Notes: a model not told the origin generated them from the sequence alone. A stretch of DNA of 64,000 bases from Terriglobia bacterium (GCA_049514855.1 JBEKUR010000003.1:12768-76767); one strand, 5' to 3'; counted from the first letter of the stretch, positions 45,903 through 55,968 are shown. Translations and numbers: made by a program.

Positions 45903-47270
45903 CTAGGAGGTAATCCTCTTCGCCCTCGAATCCCAGACGGCCGCCGTCTTGTTGAAATAGGAGTAATTCGCCATGTGGCAGCCGAGAGCGGTGTTGTTTC
46001 CAAACACCTCACTTTCGACGACCGGCTGGCGTGTCCTCACGGCGTGGAAGAAGTTCGCCTCGTGATCCGCCATGTCGTTGTATTGTGGCGGCGGAGTATA
46101 GACCTCATCCTCCTCTTCGATCTTGAATTCTCCCGGCGCCGGCTCGGGATGTTCCTTGCGCCATTTATCCAGGTACTCATTACGCAGTTTCGCCGGCCAT
46201 CCATAGATCGAATAGTCCTCGGGCTGAGCTGAGGGCGCTTGCGGCTTAAAAGTGACTGTGGAATGATTGATGAGCATGGTGCCTTTCTTCCCGTAGAAGC
46301 CGAAAAACTCACCCTGGTAATCATTGTTATGGTTGCAGCGCAGCACCACCTGGAAGTGCGGATAATCGTACATGGTCCAGAGAAGGTCCGGGAACTCGCG
46401 GCCATCTTTGTAGTAGTAGAGTCCGCCGGTGGAAAGCGCGCGCTGGGGAGGCGTGTTGGTGCCGGTCACAACGTTGATACCGGAGAGCAGGTGAACGAAC
46501 AGGTCGCCTGCCAAGCCGGCCCCGTAATCCCTGTAGCAGCGCCAGCGGAAGAAGCGCGTGGGATCGAAGGGGCGCTGGGGTGCGCCGTCGAGCCAAGTGT
46601 TCCACGCGATGGTCTGCTCGCTGGCGTCCGGCGGAATCGGATATACCCAGGCGCCGCTGTCGGTGTTCCTATCCCACGCCGCCTCGATGGTATCCACTTC
46701 CCCCAGCTTGCCGGAATCCCAGATCTCCTTCGCCTTGGCGTAGAGAATCGAGCTGACGCGCTGGCTGCCGACCTGAAGGATGCGGTTGTGCTTCTGGACA
46801 GCCTCGATCATGGCCAGCCCGTCCTCCACACTGTGCGACATCGGTTTTTCGCAGTAAACGTCTTTCCCCGCCTCGACCGCATCGATCACCGCCTTGCGAT
46901 GCCAGTGGTCCGGAGTGGCCACGATTACGGCGTCAATATCCTTGCGATCCAGAATTCTCCGGTAATCACGTGTGGTTTCGATGTCCTTTCCTCCCAGAGC
47001 TTCTTTGGCGGCGATATGCCGGCTGTCGTATAAGTCCGCCGCGGCCACACATTCCGCGCCCGGTACCGATAAGCTCGATTGCAGGAGAGTACAGCCCTCG
47101 ATACCCGTCCCGATGATGCCGAACCGGACGGTGTCCGAAGGCGCCACGGGACCAAGCGACGCCCACAAGCGTTGGGGTTCCAACAGTGTGACCTTGGCGA
47201 CAATGCCCGCGGCAGCCGCGCCCCCACCCCACCGCATGAATTCACGCCGAGTAAACGAGTATTTCTTCAT
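45903..47270 (-). CDS. Gfo/Idh/MocA-family oxidoreductase with Tat signal (paralog)
   Basis: 'TRREFMRWGGGAAAAG', 'RFGIIGTGIEG', 'ATPDHWH', 'KDVYCEKPM'. Confidence 0.9.
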   Translation of the reverse strand: MKKYSFTRREFMRWGGGAAAAGIVAKVTLLEPQRLWASLGPVAPSDTVRFGIIGTGIEGCTLLQSSLSVPGAECVAAADLYDSRHIAAKEALGGKDIETTRDYRRILDRKDIDAVIVATPDHWHRKAVIDAVEAGKDVYCEKPMSHSVEDGLAMIEAVQKHNRILQVGSQRVSSILYAKAKEIWDSGKLGEVDTIEAAWDRNTDSGAWVYPIPPDASEQTIAWNTWLDGAPQRPFDPTRFFRWRCYRDYGAGLAGDLFVHLLSGINVVTGTNTPPQRALSTGGLYYYKDGREFPDLLWTMYDYPHFQVVLRCNHNNDYQGEFFGFYGKKGTMLINHSTVTFKPQAPSAQPEDYSIYGWPAKLRNEYLDKWRKEHPEPAPGEFKIEEEDEVYTPPPQYNDMADHEANFFHAVRTRQPVVESEVFGNNTALGCHMANYSYFNKTAAVWDSRAKRITS

Positions 47271-47385
47271 GATAGACAAGACCTCCTTTGAAAACTGCAA
47301 ATCCTACAAAATCTTCTGGCGCACAGTCTGCCAGAAACCAGCGGCAAGTGAAAGTGTTTTGTTGAGTGGCGAGGGAACGGGAAAA

Positions 47386-47455
47386 CAGAATCCAGAAGTC
47401 AGGAGTCAGTGGTCAGTGGTCAGTAGTCAGTAGTCAGTAGTCAGTAGTCAGAAGA
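47386..47455. repeat. 10-unit heptamer array (CAGNNGT)n
   Basis: 'cagaatc cagaagt caggagt cagtggt cagtggt cagtagt x4 cagaaga', read directly. Confidence 0.9.
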
Positions 47456-47755
47456 AAAGGCCTAGGCCCCAGCAAGCGTAGCCCCCCGACCTGCCGGGGC
47501 GGCCTTTGCTCGGCATTCTTGAACGTAGCGCGGACCCACAAGACAGATCGCGCCGCCTGCTTATCGGACATAGTCGAATAATTATTCGAGTATGTTCGAA
47601 CTCGCGGGTGACTACACGGTTTGCCGGCAGCGGCTCCGAGAACGGCTCCGGCAAGCGCAGACCTGTTCTATAGCTCTGCGGCTTTTACCCGGCATCCTGG
47701 AACGAACCGCGGACCTGCATGAAAGGTGCGCGCTAGCTGCTGGCCCATGCCTCTC

Positions 47756-48022
47756 TCAAAGCCGTTCCCCGTCCAAACATTTCTGAATAACTTCTTCGAG
47801 CAAGGGCAAAGGGATGAGGAATCGAGATCCAATCCGTATAGCCCCTACTCTGCCGGAATTAATCCACCGGTAGAACGTGGTGCGCGAGATGGAGCCGCCA
47901 GTGCGCCGGCAGAGGAGGCGCCAGGCGTTGGTGGGAGTGAGCATGGGCAAGAGAGCAGAGGCCTGTTTGGAATTCTGCCCCCTGAGGGCTGGAATTGGAG
48001 TTCGAACAGTGTAGGGCTCCAT
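47756..48022 (-). CDS. excisionase/AlpA-type helix-turn-helix protein
   Basis: 'LTPTNAWRLL....ISRTTFYRWINSGRVGAIRIGSRFLIPLPLLEEVI' resembles HTH_17/excisionase domains. I take ATG 48022 as the start. Confidence 0.6.
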   Translation of the reverse strand: MEPYTVRTPIPALRGQNSKQASALLPMLTPTNAWRLLCRRTGGSISRTTFYRWINSGRVGAIRIGSRFLIPLPLLEEVIQKCLDGERL

Positions 48023-48115
48023 GGCGAAACAATTCCTCCAACAAAGTTCACCGTCGACAGACGACATTCAAGTGTGAAGGCTCACCCTGCGTTTCTCTAA
48101 GCTGGTGCACGGATC

Positions 48116-48544
48116 TCATCTGGCTGCGTCCCCCAGCATAAACTGCACGCGTTCCTCCGCTTGCCGATGGCGATCCCTGAAGCGCTCATCGTCGGGCTCG
48201 GAGTCCGGCAGGCCGAATTTGGCTTGGTCCAGAAGCAAAAACGAGGGTTGCTGGGACTCGAAACAACCGGGCTCGAGGGACTGGCGGCGGTGATACGCGC
48301 ACTCCCCGTGACCGCCCGGCTGGGCCGGAAAAACACAGGCCTTCTGGCAGCAACGGGGCAGGAAGAGTTCCCCGCGCAGCACTCCTGGTTGGGCGCGCAG
48401 TGAAGCATGAGGTTCGAGCGGCGGTCGACCTCCGGCCGCAGCACGATGAAGTCTGCCCGATCCTCGTTGTGGTGGCGCCGGCGGTACGCCGCGAAGGTCA
48501 GGCCGAAACACCTTTGCAGCTTCGTGATGGCTTTCAAACAGCAT
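48116..48544 (-). pseudogene. Cys-rich hypothetical gene with apparent frameshift
   Basis: AAGGAG lies 7 nt before the ATG at 48544. High-GC3, protein-like reading switches frame near 48355-48375: 'KAITKLQRCFGLTFAAYRRRHHNEDRADFIVLRPEVDRRS...' changes to '...CCQKACVFPAQPGGHGECAYHRRQSLEPGCFES...'. Confidence 0.4.
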
Positions 48545-49220
48545 AGAAATGCTCCTTGATAAGAGGTCTGGGATGTGGCCGCAAACTTGCCGATAATTTC
48601 GTGAGGCGAAGAGAGTCTTGGGGGTCTGGCGGGCGGAGTTTTTTTCGAAACAATCCCTCCCACAAAAAAGCGAAATGTGTTAACATAGCTTTGTATACGG
48701 CACGGGAGGTAGGCTAAGTTTTGCGTAGCCGAGTAAGGTACCGAGCGGCGTAGGCCACTTTGCTTCAAGTCCGCGCTCCAACTTTCCGATAAAAGGGAGG
48801 AGACGCAATCTGAGGGCACGAGGCTAGTGGGCCGCAGGAACGCCGCGCAAGAAGCTGGGTCGAGGGCGAAGGCAAGTGGCGCGGCGCGCCCAGGGTGGGC
48901 GGGTGTGAGGTTTCTATTACGAATGAGTAGCATGGCAAAGAGTAAACATGGTGACGAGGCCCCGGCCCGCGCCCCAATGAATTTGAGGGAAACACCAGGG
49001 AAGTGCGCGGGAGCGGGCCGGTCTGGTTCAATGCCCAGGCCCGCCTGGGAAGCCGCCGCCTGGCGCTTGGGGGCCGTTCCCCCAGGGCCCCAAGGGCGGA
49101 GACTGTGCCTTCACGTGTAGCCCACGGAGAAGAATCGGCTACTCTCGCAAGGCCAGCGTAGTGTAGCCTATCACAATCGCAGATGTCAAGCTTTTTTTTG
49201 CAAAGGGGAGGAGTGGTGTT

Positions 49221-49721
49221 ATGGAAGAAATGAATGCCGCGAAAGTAGTAAAAAAGGTTCGACAGCGGTTAGAGGTCAGCCAGGAGGGTCTGGCGCGGCT
49301 GCTGAATGCCACCAAGGGGGCGGTGCAACACTGGGAGCGGGGCCGTAACCGGCCGGACTTGGCGCGCCTGCTGGCGCTCCGACAACTCTGCCCGGCGGGT
49401 GCGGAACGGAAGGAACTGGAAACGCTCATCAAGGAAACGCAAGCCCACGTGGCGCCCTTGCCGATCGGGCAGCCGGGACCGGGCGGGAAGATTACTCTAC
49501 CCCAGCCGGGCCAAAGCCTGATCCTGTTGCGCAGGGACAACAATAAGCTGCGGAAACAGGTAGCCAAACTGGAATCAACCTTGAATCGCCGGAACGAAAA
49601 GTTGCGCATCCTCGAGGATTTGGCGACGGAGCTGCAGCGGGATATGGCTAAACTCCGCGCGGGTCAATCGGTTGATGCGCCTGAGCCTGTGAGTAGCTCA
49701 GTTCCGCGTACGAGTGAATGA
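49221..49721 (+). CDS. XRE-family HTH regulator with C-terminal coiled coil
   Basis: 'VRQRLEVSQEGLARLLNATKGAVQHWERGRNRP' HTH. 'LRKQVAKLESTLNRRNEKLRILEDLATELQRDMAKL' heptads. GGAGGA SD. Confidence 0.75.
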   Translation: MEEMNAAKVVKKVRQRLEVSQEGLARLLNATKGAVQHWERGRNRPDLARLLALRQLCPAGAERKELETLIKETQAHVAPLPIGQPGPGGKITLPQPGQSLILLRRDNNKLRKQVAKLESTLNRRNEKLRILEDLATELQRDMAKLRAGQSVDAPEPVSSSVPRTSE

Positions 49722-50219
49722 CCGGATTGTTGCGGTCAATCTCCACATCGGCGGCTTGGCGTGCGATCTGATGGACGGTTCGGGTCGTGCCATGAGCGTC
49801 ACCCGATAGGTCTGTAATCCCGCCCGGGCGGGGACGTGCAAGCCGGCCTAATACTTCCTGAGGCGCATCACTTGGACGGATACCACGACGGGGAGCCCTC
49901 CTGACTCCCCCTGGTGCCCCAGCATGCGCAGGAAGGTTACTGCCTGGCCCAACAGTTTCCGTGCGTCAGGCTGTGAACGAAATCCCAGCAGCAGTGCGAA
50001 TGCTTCCCTCAGCAGTGCCCTGTCTGACCTTGTTCCATCGCTCATCCTTGATAAGACCCCCTTCAATTAGGATTGCGGCATGGTCGGCACTGTCGCTTCG
50101 CCTTTGCCTATGGGCTCGAGGAGGCCTTAGCATAAGGCGTCGTTAGCGGCCTCGTCAATAGGATATAATACTTAGTATTCACTAGAAGATACTGTAGACT
50201 TAATGTACGAGGGCCCTGG

Positions 50220-50876
50220 CTAGCAGGCGATAATCCCATTGCGGATGGCGTAGTGGATCAACTGGCCGAGAGAATGCAAGTTTAGTTTGCGCATGATGTT
50301 GGCGCGATGGGTTTGCACCGTCTTGACGCTGAGGTTTAGGAGGGTGGCAACCTCCTTGTTGCTCTTCCCCTCTGCCAGCAGTTGGATGACCTCGCGCTCG
50401 CGCGCAGACAGGTGGGATCCACCGAAATCGACCGTGTCGCTGCTCCAGGCGTGTCCCATCTGACGACTGAGCAGGATTCCTGCGACCTTGGATGTGAAGA
50501 ACGGTTTACCTTGGGTTAGAGCTTCTATGGCGCTTACCAACTCGCGCCCGGCGTCCGATTTAAGCATACACCCGTGGGCGCCTGCCCTGAGCACTTCGGC
50601 CAAGAGCTCCTCCGACTCGTGCACCGTGAGGACCAGCACCTGCGTCTCAGGAGCTGCTTTGCGGATCTGGCGCGTGGCTTCCAGGCCATTCAGCTCCGGC
50701 ATGGTGATGTCCATAATGACAACGTTGGGCCTGAGCCTCTCTGCCTTCTCTACTGCTTCGCGCCCCGTTGCCGCCTCTCCGCACACCTCCCACCCTGCCT
50801 GTGCTTCCACGAGGGACCGCAGGCCCCGACGAACCACGTCATGATCATCCACCAAAAGGAAGCGTAATTTGCCCAT
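50220..50876 (-). CDS. NarL/FixJ-family response regulator (REC + LuxR HTH)
   Basis: 'FLLVDDHDVV', 'VVIMDITMPELNG', 'LSAREREVIQLLAEGKSNKEVATLLNLSVKTVQTHRANIMRKL'. Confidence 0.9.
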   Translation of the reverse strand: MGKLRFLLVDDHDVVRRGLRSLVEAQAGWEVCGEAATGREAVEKAERLRPNVVIMDITMPELNGLEATRQIRKAAPETQVLVLTVHESEELLAEVLRAGAHGCMLKSDAGRELVSAIEALTQGKPFFTSKVAGILLSRQMGHAWSSDTVDFGGSHLSAREREVIQLLAEGKSNKEVATLLNLSVKTVQTHRANIMRKLNLHSLGQLIHYAIRNGIIAC

Positions 50877-53463
50877 TGCTCACCTGCCCGAGGGGAAGAA
50901 TTGCCGTCAAGGTGGTTCCTCGCCTGCCGGACTGGATATGCAGCCGGCCCCCGAGTTGCCTCATCCTCTCCTGCATCCCAGGGATACCCACGCCCATGTC
51001 TGCGCTTTCCGGGCCAGCGATGCCCAGCGCAGCCGAGGGGAACCCGTGTCCTTCATCCGCAACCGTCAGGACGATCTCGTTGGGCCGGCGCTCGAGGCAG
51101 ACGCGGGCTGTCTTGCTTCCGGAGTGGCGGTGGATGTTCGTCAAAGCCTCCTGGACAATCCGGTAGAGCGTCAACTCGACCTCGCTGGGCAGTCGGCCGA
51201 ACTCGGGCGACACGTCTACATGGACTTCTATCCCACTCCTCTGGCCAAAGCCTGCCGTGTACCATCGTAGGGCGGGGTCCAGTCCGGCTTCATCGACCAG
51301 AGGCGGGTGCAACAAGTAGGAAATGGTCCGGATCTCCCGCGAACATTGCTCGGCCAGCTCAAGGCTCTCGGAAAGGCAGGCGCTTGCTCTGGGACTCAGG
51401 TGCGCGGCCGAGTCTATCACCATGTTCAGGTTGATCGCCAGGCCCGCGAGGCCTTGCGCGGTGGTCTCGTGCAGTTCGCGCGCAAGACGTCGTCGCTCTT
51501 CGTCCTGCGAGCGAAGCAAACGGCCCGTCAGTTGGCGCATGGCCTCCTCCGCGCGTCTCCGGGTGGTTATGTCCTCAACGATTCCGTCATAGTACAGCAC
51601 CCGCCCGTCGTCTGCCCGCACAGCTCTCGCGCTCTCTCGTACAAGAATCACCCACCCGTCGCGTGTGACCCAGGCAACTTCTAGACCGATCACTTGGCCC
51701 TCACGCTCAATTCGCTTACGAAATACGCTTCTCGGGTAGCCGGGTTCAAAGCCGTCACACTCAAGATTCCGAGCGGCCAGTTCTTCAAACGAATCGAACC
51801 CTAACATTCTGACGAGCGCGGGATTCGCCATGAGAATATGACCGTCCGGTGTAGTTCGATAAATCCCGAAGGTCGCGTTCTCGACAAGACTCCTGAAACG
51901 CTCTTCGCTTTCCCGCAGCGCCTCCTCCGCCCGCTTGCGCGCAGTGATGTCGTCGAAGGTTGTATAAACCTGGTAAGGCTTCGTCTCACCCGGCCTAAAC
52001 TGGGGTACTGCATGGATGTTGATCCAAACGTATTCGTTTGCACCAGGGTGGAACACACCCATTACTACGTGTGATACCTCTTTTCCCGCCTTTAACGCAA
52101 TCATAGCCGGATGCGTATCACCGGGAAAATCCGAACCGTCCTCGTGGATGGCTTGCCATCTGGGGTCCATGGAAGTTCTCCCCAGCATTTCGGCAAGCGT
52201 CAACCCCAGGAGCCGCTCGGCAGCGGGGTTGGCAGAGATGATGTGACCCTCGGCGTTCTGGTACACTACCCCCTGCGCCATGGTTTCGAACAACCTTCGA
52301 TGCCTTTCTTCGCTGGCCCGCAGCGCCTCCTCCGCCCTTTTATATTTATCAATATTCTGAAATGTCCCAGCAAGTTTTACTATTTTACCGCCGCTGTAAA
52401 CAGCCCTTCCAAGCGACCGCACCCAGATCTTATCTTTGCTGCCTGAAGGAATGAAAAGGGATTCAAGATCGTAAGGTTCGCCCGTTTCCGCAGCTTTCTT
52501 CAATACTTCCTCTAAAGCTGGCCTGGATTCGGGCGCATAGAAATTCATGGCTTCTTCCAGCTTCGGCTTATATCCCGGCCCGACTCCGTGGGTCCGGCCG
52601 ACCTCTTCCGTCCACGAGACCTCCTTGGTCGAGAGGTCAAGCTCCCACACTCCGACTTTGGCCATTTCTCCGACATCCCTTAAGAGTTGAGCGCTTTTCT
52701 TCAGCCCCTCCTCTGCCCGCCGGCGCTCGGTGATGTCGTGGCCGTAGGCATTCACATAACCCGCCGTCTGGATGGGGGCAAAAACGAACGAATAAACTCG
52801 CTGGTCGCAGGCTATCTCGACCTCTTTGCGCGCGCCCGACGCCACCGAGTCGGCGACGAGCCTGGCCCAGTCAGCGGGCATGCGCTGGCCTACTTCGCAA
52901 CCACAAAGCTGCAACAGCGGCCGTGCGCTCGGATTCGCGTAGATCAGGGTCCCGTCTCGCTGGAACCGCAGCAAAGGATTCGGATTTTCCGCCGGGAACC
53001 GCGACAGGCTCTCGATTTGCTCCTCCGTCCGCTTGCGCTCGGTGATGTCGCGGGAATTGATCACAATTCCCGCTCCAGATGGAGTATCAAGAACTTTGGC
53101 GATGCCTTCAAGAATACGCCACGATCCGTCTTTGTGACGTAAACGTTCCTCTGTGATTTGACAGGTCTCGGGAGTACCACTTCGAACTCCCGCTTTCATC
53201 GCCGCATAAGACTCGAGCGACTTTGACAGATCGTCCGGGTGAAGCAATTCGGCGATGTGCGTGCCGATTAATTCGTGCGGCTTGTATCCCAGCACCCGCT
53301 CAACGGAGGGGCTTTGGTAGCGGATGATTCCCTCAGCGTCCAAGATCGTGATGACATCTGAAGCGTTCTCGATGAGCGCTCGGAAGAGTTCATCCATGCG
53401 TCGTTGCGCCTGCTCCGTATCTGTGCGCTTGGTGGTGTCAACGCCGGATCTATGTTTGCTCAT
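50845..53463 (-). CDS. multi-PAS sensor histidine kinase (HisKA_3 + HATPase_c)
   Basis: 872 aa. About 5-6 PAS modules separated by repeated 'ITERKRAEEAL'-type linkers. H-box 'RRLARELHETTAQ'. C-terminal ATPase 'GMQERMRQLGG'. Confidence 0.9.
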   Translation of the reverse strand: MSKHRSGVDTTKRTDTEQAQRRMDELFRALIENASDVITILDAEGIIRYQSPSVERVLGYKPHELIGTHIAELLHPDDLSKSLESYAAMKAGVRSGTPETCQITEERLRHKDGSWRILEGIAKVLDTPSGAGIVINSRDITERKRTEEQIESLSRFPAENPNPLLRFQRDGTLIYANPSARPLLQLCGCEVGQRMPADWARLVADSVASGARKEVEIACDQRVYSFVFAPIQTAGYVNAYGHDITERRRAEEGLKKSAQLLRDVGEMAKVGVWELDLSTKEVSWTEEVGRTHGVGPGYKPKLEEAMNFYAPESRPALEEVLKKAAETGEPYDLESLFIPSGSKDKIWVRSLGRAVYSGGKIVKLAGTFQNIDKYKRAEEALRASEERHRRLFETMAQGVVYQNAEGHIISANPAAERLLGLTLAEMLGRTSMDPRWQAIHEDGSDFPGDTHPAMIALKAGKEVSHVVMGVFHPGANEYVWINIHAVPQFRPGETKPYQVYTTFDDITARKRAEEALRESEERFRSLVENATFGIYRTTPDGHILMANPALVRMLGFDSFEELAARNLECDGFEPGYPRSVFRKRIEREGQVIGLEVAWVTRDGWVILVRESARAVRADDGRVLYYDGIVEDITTRRRAEEAMRQLTGRLLRSQDEERRRLARELHETTAQGLAGLAINLNMVIDSAAHLSPRASACLSESLELAEQCSREIRTISYLLHPPLVDEAGLDPALRWYTAGFGQRSGIEVHVDVSPEFGRLPSEVELTLYRIVQEALTNIHRHSGSKTARVCLERRPNEIVLTVADEGHGFPSAALGIAGPESADMGVGIPGMQERMRQLGGRLHIQSGRRGTTLTAILPLGQVSNGQITLPFGG

Positions 53464-53768
53464 TTTGCCTTTCCTTCCAGACCGAGAGCACGCAGTACAA
53501 TTGCCCTGTCGCTCAGGTCGCCCACAATGTGCCGTAGCGGCGGCGACAATCTGACGAGCGTGGGCGTGACAAGAATTCCCTCAACCAAAGCGCGCAACGG
53601 CTCTTGGAGAATATCTACCACTTCTATCTCGTGATGGTCTGGCAAATACTCCTGGCAGATGGACCGGAGGTTGGCCATGGCTTGGGCTGAGCTTGGCGCC
53701 TCGTTCGCGATATAAAGGCGAAACAGAATTGTCTTGCCTTTCCTAGGATTGGTTTCCGCATCAGCCAT
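53460..53768 (-). CDS. kaiB: KaiB-family protein
   Basis: 'ILFRLYIANEAPSSAQAMANLRSI...EVVDILQEP..A....ILVTPTLVRLSPPLRHIVGDLSDRAIVL' parallels cyanobacterial KaiB ('LKLYVAGNTPNS...ATPTL...IIGDLSDREKVL'). ATGA overlap with the kinase start. Confidence 0.85.
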   Translation of the reverse strand: MADAETNPRKGKTILFRLYIANEAPSSAQAMANLRSICQEYLPDHHEIEVVDILQEPLRALVEGILVTPTLVRLSPPLRHIVGDLSDRAIVLRALGLEGKAK

Positions 53769-54051
53769 GTTTCGAGGGGTTATTTCCAGCCTCCTTGTCC
53801 ACGCCGCGCAATGCGCCTAGGCCCTTTTGCTGTGACTCCCACCGTTCTTCTTGCGCCTCTTGCTCGACTTGCAGCAAATGGAGTTGGGCGCGCTTTGACT
53901 CCAATTCGTGCTTGAGGACTTCCAGGCGACTAACTATCTCTGCCTCGGACGCTTCGATTACACGCCGTTTGTGTTCAGCCTCGGCGCGGCGGAGTTCCCT
54001 CTCCGCCGCTGCCGCGCGCTCCTTCTCCCAGCGCTGCGTCCCCATCAGCAC
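53761..54051 (-). CDS. small coiled-coil protein
   Basis: 96 aa, rich in E/R/A/K heptads. Overlaps the kaiB start by 8 nt. Confidence 0.5.
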   Translation of the reverse strand: MLMGTQRWEKERAAAAERELRRAEAEHKRRVIEASEAEIVSRLEVLKHELESKRAQLHLLQVEQEAQEERWESQQKGLGALRGVDKEAGNNPSKHG

Positions 54052-55072
54052 TTCGCCCCCCCGCGGTGTAAACCTCCGCGAGTGTCACGCCCTGGTCGAT
54101 GTTTCCCAGGCGTGCCACCTGACCCGGTGCTCCCCACCCGACGCTTGGGGAGTACACGTGACGCGGCAGTTTAATTGCCACATATAATTCCCGGCACTTC
54201 TCTAAGTGGTTAACTTATGTGCGCTTTCCCAGCAAGGCGGTGAACCAGACCCACTCGCTTGCGCGAGGAGATGAGGGGGAAGAGTTGCGGACGCGAGCCC
54301 TGGAGATTTAACCTGCTTTCGTTTTTCCCTACTAGCGCTCTAAGAATCGGTCGGAATCAAAGTCTCTTTGACGATGAATCCGTAACCTACAAACGTAAGT
54401 AGGTCCCTAAGTTGTTGATTTTGCGTGCGGCGAAATCTAACTCCGACAGATTCCCAAGCCCGTGCAATCCCATCCTTGAGACGTACTCGATGCCTGCTTG
54501 GCAGCCCAGCGGGTACTGCCCTTCCTCGTTTGAGGATGATTGCGGTGGGTATTCCATAAGGTAATAGAAGATACAGCAATAGTTTTATGGGAGCTATAAA
54601 TACCGCACCTTTTGCTGATTGTTTACTCCGTTTAGTTAGGGTCGAGGAGTGCTTGGGTAACCGTTTAGTTATTTGACTGAGATGGAGTCGAGGAGTTCTG
54701 GCGTAACCTTTTTCACAAGTGAGTCATAATTTAGAAAAGAGACGAGATCTGTCACGTCATTTTGACAATTTATGTCAAATTCGACCTTAAGTTGACCGGC
54801 AAGAAAGAGTGATTACTGGATGCTTGCCATGCCTTAGCTGAGCGGAAACATTCCGAGAACTTCGCGTGCGAACGCCAGAGATTTTTGAGATCTTGCTCGA
54901 CACACCTATAGTATGCTCGGCGGGAATGCCCTGCAGCGGAACTGATTCGTGTCTGGACATTCGGCAGGCAATGCATTAGGGGCGGGGCGGCGTAAAGGCT
55001 CCGGCTTGCTCGGGTCTTCGCACCGCTTCACGCGGCTGATTTGATTTTCAGCAACGAAGGGGAAGGAGAGCG

Positions 55073-55933
55073 ATGGGCACTGATTCCGTTTTGGATGAAC
55101 TGCGAGGCCAGGTTGCGATTGTAACGGGTGCGGGACGGGGCCTGGGACGCGCCACAGCGTTGGCGTTGGCGCGGGCGAGGGCGCGCGTGGGGGTAGTAGC
55201 GAGGTCCGAAGAGCAACTCGCCGAAACGGTACGCGGCGTCACAGAGGCAGGCGGGGAAGCATTGGCCGTTGTGGTGGACGTGTGCGACGCCGCGGCCGTC
55301 GAGCGCATGGCACGCAAAGTGGAGCGCACCCTGGGGCCGGTGGACCTGCTGGTGAACAACGCCGGGACCATGGGGCCTTTGGGGCCGATCTGGGAAGCCG
55401 ACCCGGGCGATTGGTGGCATTCGATCGAGGTGAACTTGCGCGGGCCTTACCTCTGCTCACATGCCCTGCTGCCCGGAATGATCGAGCGCCGCCACGGCCG
55501 GATCATCAATGTCTCCACCAGCGCCGCTGCCGTGGCGGTTGCGCACATGGGCGCGTACGTCATCGCCAAAACGGCGCTCGTCCGCTTTACAGAGAACCTC
55601 GCGGCAGAACTCCTCGACTCCGGCGTCAGCGTGTTCACCATCAGCCCCGGCACCGTGCGCACCGCCATGGCCGAACAGGTGCTTGAATCCCAGGCCGGAA
55701 AAAAGTGGCTGCCGTGGTTTCGGAAATTGTTCGACCGGGGGCGGGACGTGCCGGCTGAGAAGGCCGCGCAACTGGTGGTGCAACTGGCCTCGGGGCGGGC
55801 GGACGCGCTCTCCGGGCGCTTCATCGACGTCTCTGACGACCTCGCGAAGCTCCTGGAGCGGTTGGGTGATGTCAAGAGCGACAACCTTTATACGCTTCGC
55901 GTCCGCAAGCTGGATTCGGAAAATCGAAAATAG
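55073..55933 (+). CDS. SDR-family oxidoreductase
   Basis: 'VAIVTGAGRGLGRA', 'NNAG', 'YVIAKTAL' (YxxxK). Confidence 0.9.
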   Translation: MGTDSVLDELRGQVAIVTGAGRGLGRATALALARARARVGVVARSEEQLAETVRGVTEAGGEALAVVVDVCDAAAVERMARKVERTLGPVDLLVNNAGTMGPLGPIWEADPGDWWHSIEVNLRGPYLCSHALLPGMIERRHGRIINVSTSAAAVAVAHMGAYVIAKTALVRFTENLAAELLDSGVSVFTISPGTVRTAMAEQVLESQAGKKWLPWFRKLFDRGRDVPAEKAAQLVVQLASGRADALSGRFIDVSDDLAKLLERLGDVKSDNLYTLRVRKLDSENRK

Positions 55934-55968
55934 AAAGAGGCGGTCATTCCCGTCCTGCTTCTCAGCTG

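Noticed and set aside
44438-47033. Long plus-strand ORFs 44438-45550 and 46239-47033
   Set aside because: Antisense shadows of the two Gfo/Idh/MocA genes, which have clear Rossmann and Tat motifs.
48097-48933. 278-aa minus-strand ORF
   Set aside because: Mostly Ser/Pro/Arg-rich low-complexity translation. Only a ~55-codon stretch looks coding, and that stretch is accounted for by the frameshifted gene model at 48116-48544.
54340-54579. 79-aa minus-strand ORF in the 1-kb AT-richer intergenic region
   Set aside because: No SD and no recognisable family. It could be a gene fragment, but I cannot support a call.
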